DNA of 64,000 nucleotides, from the NCBI GenBank assembly GCA_965368975.1, contig CBDUPA010000011.1:128001-192000 (forward strand), in the 5' to 3' direction. Every line of letters begins with the position of its first letter. Within the stretch, counting starts at the first letter, position 1. The notes below the pieces were generated by a model. The model was given only the letters and a program-made list of their open reading frames with translations. It was not told where the DNA came from and ran no database searches. This document shows positions 61,323-64,000 of this stretch, one piece after another. This DNA is from an uncultured bacterium (GTDB lineage: Bacteria; Acidobacteriota; Thermoanaerobaculia; Multivoradales; JAHZIX01). The translations under genes and the position numbers were made by a program.

Positions 61323-62210
61323 ATGAGCCGGTTCTTCAAGGTCTCCGGTGGTGGCAACGACTTCCTTGCCCTACCGGAGCCGGACACTCGTCCCAGCCCG
61401 AGCACCATTCGGGCCTGGTGCCAACGCGGTCACTCGCTGGGTGCTGACGGCATTTTCCTGCTGCAGCGGGCGGCGCCCGCGACCGACGGCGTATCTGTCG
61501 TCACCATGGAGTACGTCAACGCTGACGGTAGCAGTGGCGAATTGTGTCTCAACGGCACCCGCTGCGCCGCCCGCCTGGCCTTCCACCTGCGCTGGGCGGA
61601 GTCCGAGGTCGAGGTGCGTACCGGCGCAGGTCCGATCCGAGCCCAGGCGGCGGCCGGCGGCCTGATCGCCTTGACCATCCCGCCGCTGCAAACGACGCTG
61701 CAGCAGGTGAGTGCAGCCGTCACCTCGGCTGGAGCGCACGGAGCGACCGAGTACCAGGGCTGGCATCTCGATGTCGGCGTGCCGCATTTCGTCCTCCTAT
61801 GGCCGCACGATCTGGAGACCGCGCCGGTTCACGATCTCGGTCAGCGCCTGGTGCACCATCCGGTCTTCGCCACGGCTGGCGCCAACATCGACTTCGTGCG
61901 CTACCCCCGCCGCGATTTGATCGAGATTCGTTCGTTCGAGCGAGGCGTCAATGCGGAGACCCTGGCCTGTGGCACCGGGGCTATCGCGGCCGCTGCCGTG
62001 GGGCTTCACCTGGACGCCCTCGACTTGCCTGCCCTCGACGTCAGTGTCGACGTCCACACGCGCGGCGGTTTCCCGATGCGGGTCGCCGCGGCTACCGCAG
62101 ACCAGCGTCGAGTGACCCGCTGGTCTCTCACCGGTGATGCTCGCTTGCTGGCCACCGGCACCTTGCTACCCGAGGCCGCGGACGCCAATGAGCGCCCGCG
62201 GTGGGGTTGA
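61323..62210 (+). CDS. dapF: Diaminopimelate epimerase
   Basis: GGGNDF, GADG, NADGS..ELCLNGTRC, FERGV, ETLACGTG. Confidence 0.9.
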   Translation: MSRFFKVSGGGNDFLALPEPDTRPSPSTIRAWCQRGHSLGADGIFLLQRAAPATDGVSVVTMEYVNADGSSGELCLNGTRCAARLAFHLRWAESEVEVRTGAGPIRAQAAAGGLIALTIPPLQTTLQQVSAAVTSAGAHGATEYQGWHLDVGVPHFVLLWPHDLETAPVHDLGQRLVHHPVFATAGANIDFVRYPRRDLIEIRSFERGVNAETLACGTGAIAAAAVGLHLDALDLPALDVSVDVHTRGGFPMRVAAATADQRRVTRWSLTGDARLLATGTLLPEAADANERPRWG

Positions 62211-62238
62211 CGGTCAGGAACGCGATAGGATCCACTCT

Positions 62239-63255
62239 ATGTGGATCACCAGTCTGTTACTCCAATTCGTGCTGCCGTCCCTGGTGGCACAGGCACCCGC
62301 AGAGCCCGTACGCATGGCGACCCGGGCTTTCGACTCCCGAGTCGAACTCGAAGTGCGCGATCTGCCGAGCACGGACGCCGAAGCGGCGATCCACGCGGCG
62401 ATCGCGGAAATTCATCAGGTGCAGTACCTGGTGGACCCGGAGCGGCGAGTAGAAGGCAGCCTGGGCTGGCTCAATGGTCATGCGGGTGACGGTGCCCAGC
62501 GGGTGGATCCGCGCCTGCGCGCCATGCTGGAGCGTGGCTGGCACTTTTGCGTTTGGTCCCGCAACGCGCACGGGCCCCTGGCGGGGGAACTCTACGAGCT
62601 GTGGGGGCTGCGCAAGGATCGCTTGACGCGCCACCCGCGGCCGAGCAAGGTCTTCGAGAGCACCCGCCGGGCGGCGTGCAATCGCCTGCGGATCAACCTC
62701 AACGAAGGCACCGTGATCCTGGAAGAGGAGAGCCAGCTCGACCTCTGGGGCTTTGCCAGCGGCTACGCGGTGGATCGCGCGGTCGATGTGCTGCGCGACC
62801 ACGGTGTGACCAATGCCTGGGTCGAAATCGGCCGTGTGCGCCGAGCGCTGGGCAGTGGTCCGGAAGGCCGCGGCTGGCCGGTGCTGCTGCCGGTACTGCC
62901 GGGCACCACCGAACCGCTGGACGAGATCTACCTGCAGGATCGCAGTCTGGTGACCCTGATGAACGACGACTTCCTGTTCGAGGTCGGCGACGACGCCTAC
63001 CCGGCCTTCATCGACCAGCGCTCGGGCCAGCCGGCGCAGGGCGTCCAGGGAGTGCTGGTGGTCACCGATCTGGCGGCGGACGCCGAACCGCTGGCAGTGT
63101 CCATGTTGATCACCGGGTACCGCGAGGGGCAGATGCGCCTCGGTGGTCTCAAGCCGACCCCGGCGGTGCTCTGGTTCTTGGGCAGTGAGCAAGGTTCGCC
63201 GCTATTGGCCAGCTACCACTGGTCGAGCTTGGTGACGGGCGTCGTACCGCACTGA
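62239..63255 (+). CDS. ApbE-like (FAD:protein FMN transferase fold) exported protein with divergent active site
   Basis: GSLGWLN..AG, GPLAGELYELWG, LDLWGFASGYAVDRA, GRGW, IDQRSG. Confidence 0.75.
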   Translation: MWITSLLLQFVLPSLVAQAPAEPVRMATRAFDSRVELEVRDLPSTDAEAAIHAAIAEIHQVQYLVDPERRVEGSLGWLNGHAGDGAQRVDPRLRAMLERGWHFCVWSRNAHGPLAGELYELWGLRKDRLTRHPRPSKVFESTRRAACNRLRINLNEGTVILEEESQLDLWGFASGYAVDRAVDVLRDHGVTNAWVEIGRVRRALGSGPEGRGWPVLLPVLPGTTEPLDEIYLQDRSLVTLMNDDFLFEVGDDAYPAFIDQRSGQPAQGVQGVLVVTDLAADAEPLAVSMLITGYREGQMRLGGLKPTPAVLWFLGSEQGSPLLASYHWSSLVTGVVPH

Positions 63256-63261
63256 ACCTGC

Positions 63262-63759
63262 CTAGTTGGTCGCCGTACCCGTTGCCGTCTGGGCCTGCGA
63301 ACGAGGCTCCGAACGAGCACGTTGCAGCCGCTTGGCCGCGTTCTGCGCCATCGACACCATGCTGGTCAAGCCCATGCTCTTGCCCATCGACAACTCGTTG
63401 CCGAAGATTTCGTAGACCACGTCCGCCGACACCTGCTCGACCTGTTCCAGCGGCGTCCCGGAGAGGCTCTCTTCCAGGATCACCGCCATCGCCTTGGCCG
63501 AAATCCCCTGCGGATTCTCGACCGCGAAATGGAAGGCGAGGGTGCCGTCCGGGCGCGGCACCGCCCACATGTAGGCCTCCGATTCGCAAGCCGGCACCCG
63601 ATTGTCAGCGCTGAAGGGTGGCTTGGCGATGCTGTCGGGTACGCACCGGAAGCGTTCCGCGATGCCGATCAGCATCTGGATGCGATCCGCGCGGTCGGGA
63701 AACAGCGCCAGCGTGTCCAGCACTTCTTGTAGCTTCTCCGGGTGCTGCTTCTCGCTCAT
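63262..63759 (-). CDS. SufE family sulfur-acceptor protein
   Basis: NRVPACESEAYMW with the conserved Cys; downstream of a sulfurtransferase. Confidence 0.82.
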   Translation of the reverse strand: MSEKQHPEKLQEVLDTLALFPDRADRIQMLIGIAERFRCVPDSIAKPPFSADNRVPACESEAYMWAVPRPDGTLAFHFAVENPQGISAKAMAVILEESLSGTPLEQVEQVSADVVYEIFGNELSMGKSMGLTSMVSMAQNAAKRLQRARSEPRSQAQTATGTATN

Positions 63760-63793
63760 CTTCGACCCTCGCTCATCATGATTCGATCGGCGG

Positions 63794-64000
63794 TCATTTC
63801 TCGATTGGGACGCCCACAAGGTTGCCCCACTCGGTCCAGCTACCGTCATAGTTGCGCACCCGAGGGTATCCCAGCAGGTAGCTGAGCACGAACCAGCTGT
63901 GACTGCTGCGCTCGCCGATGCGGCAATAGACGACCACGTCATCGTCGGGGGCCAGGCCTTGCTCCTGCTCGTAGATGGCACGCAACTCGTCGGCGTTCTT
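63794..64000 (-). CDS. Thiosulfate/mercaptopyruvate sulfurtransferase (tandem rhodanese), 3' fragment cut by the window edge
   Basis: [18 protein letters not shown] and [11 protein letters not shown] signature. Confidence 0.88.
   Translation of the reverse strand, partial: KNADELRAIYEQEQGLAPDDDVVVYCRIGERSSHSWFVLSYLLGYPRVRNYDGSWTEWGNLVGVPIEK

Overview
GC-rich (about two-thirds GC by eye) chromosomal window from a diderm bacterium. Gene content and order suggest Acidobacteriota/Thermoanaerobaculia or a deltaproteobacteria-like lineage (inference only). About 48 CDSs, mostly housekeeping: RNase E/G, xseAB, PolX-PHP, tyrS, RecQ, dprA-[tmk]-trmFO-xerC-hslVU, dapF and a sulfurtransferase-SufE pair. 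I saw no rRNA, tRNA, CRISPR array or transposase. The most unusual loci are: (1) a closely coupled cytoplasmic subtilase + ComEC/Avs1a-like metallo-beta-lactamase-fold pair (42.9-46.1 kb), a candidate protease-gated nuclease system; (2) an APH kinase with an in-frame TGA next to a degenerate HopA1-LanC fusion, resembling class V lanthipeptide enzymes but with no precursor (26.1-28.6 kb); (3) a YqiJ-flotillin-giant AAA ATPase operon with a long intergenic hairpin; (4) an operon of a TPR lipoprotein, a periplasmic protein and a gluzincin-propeller-Omp85 protein; (5) an unknown domain fused to FahA; (6) a lower-GC islet (37.5-40.2 kb) with an RHH gene, a 9-bp repeat array, a three-hairpin cassette between 11-bp direct repeats, and a UPF0175/PIN toxin-antitoxin pair; (7) in-frame 15-bp tandem duplications in many unrelated genes. 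All calls come from motif recognition by eye; no database search was run.
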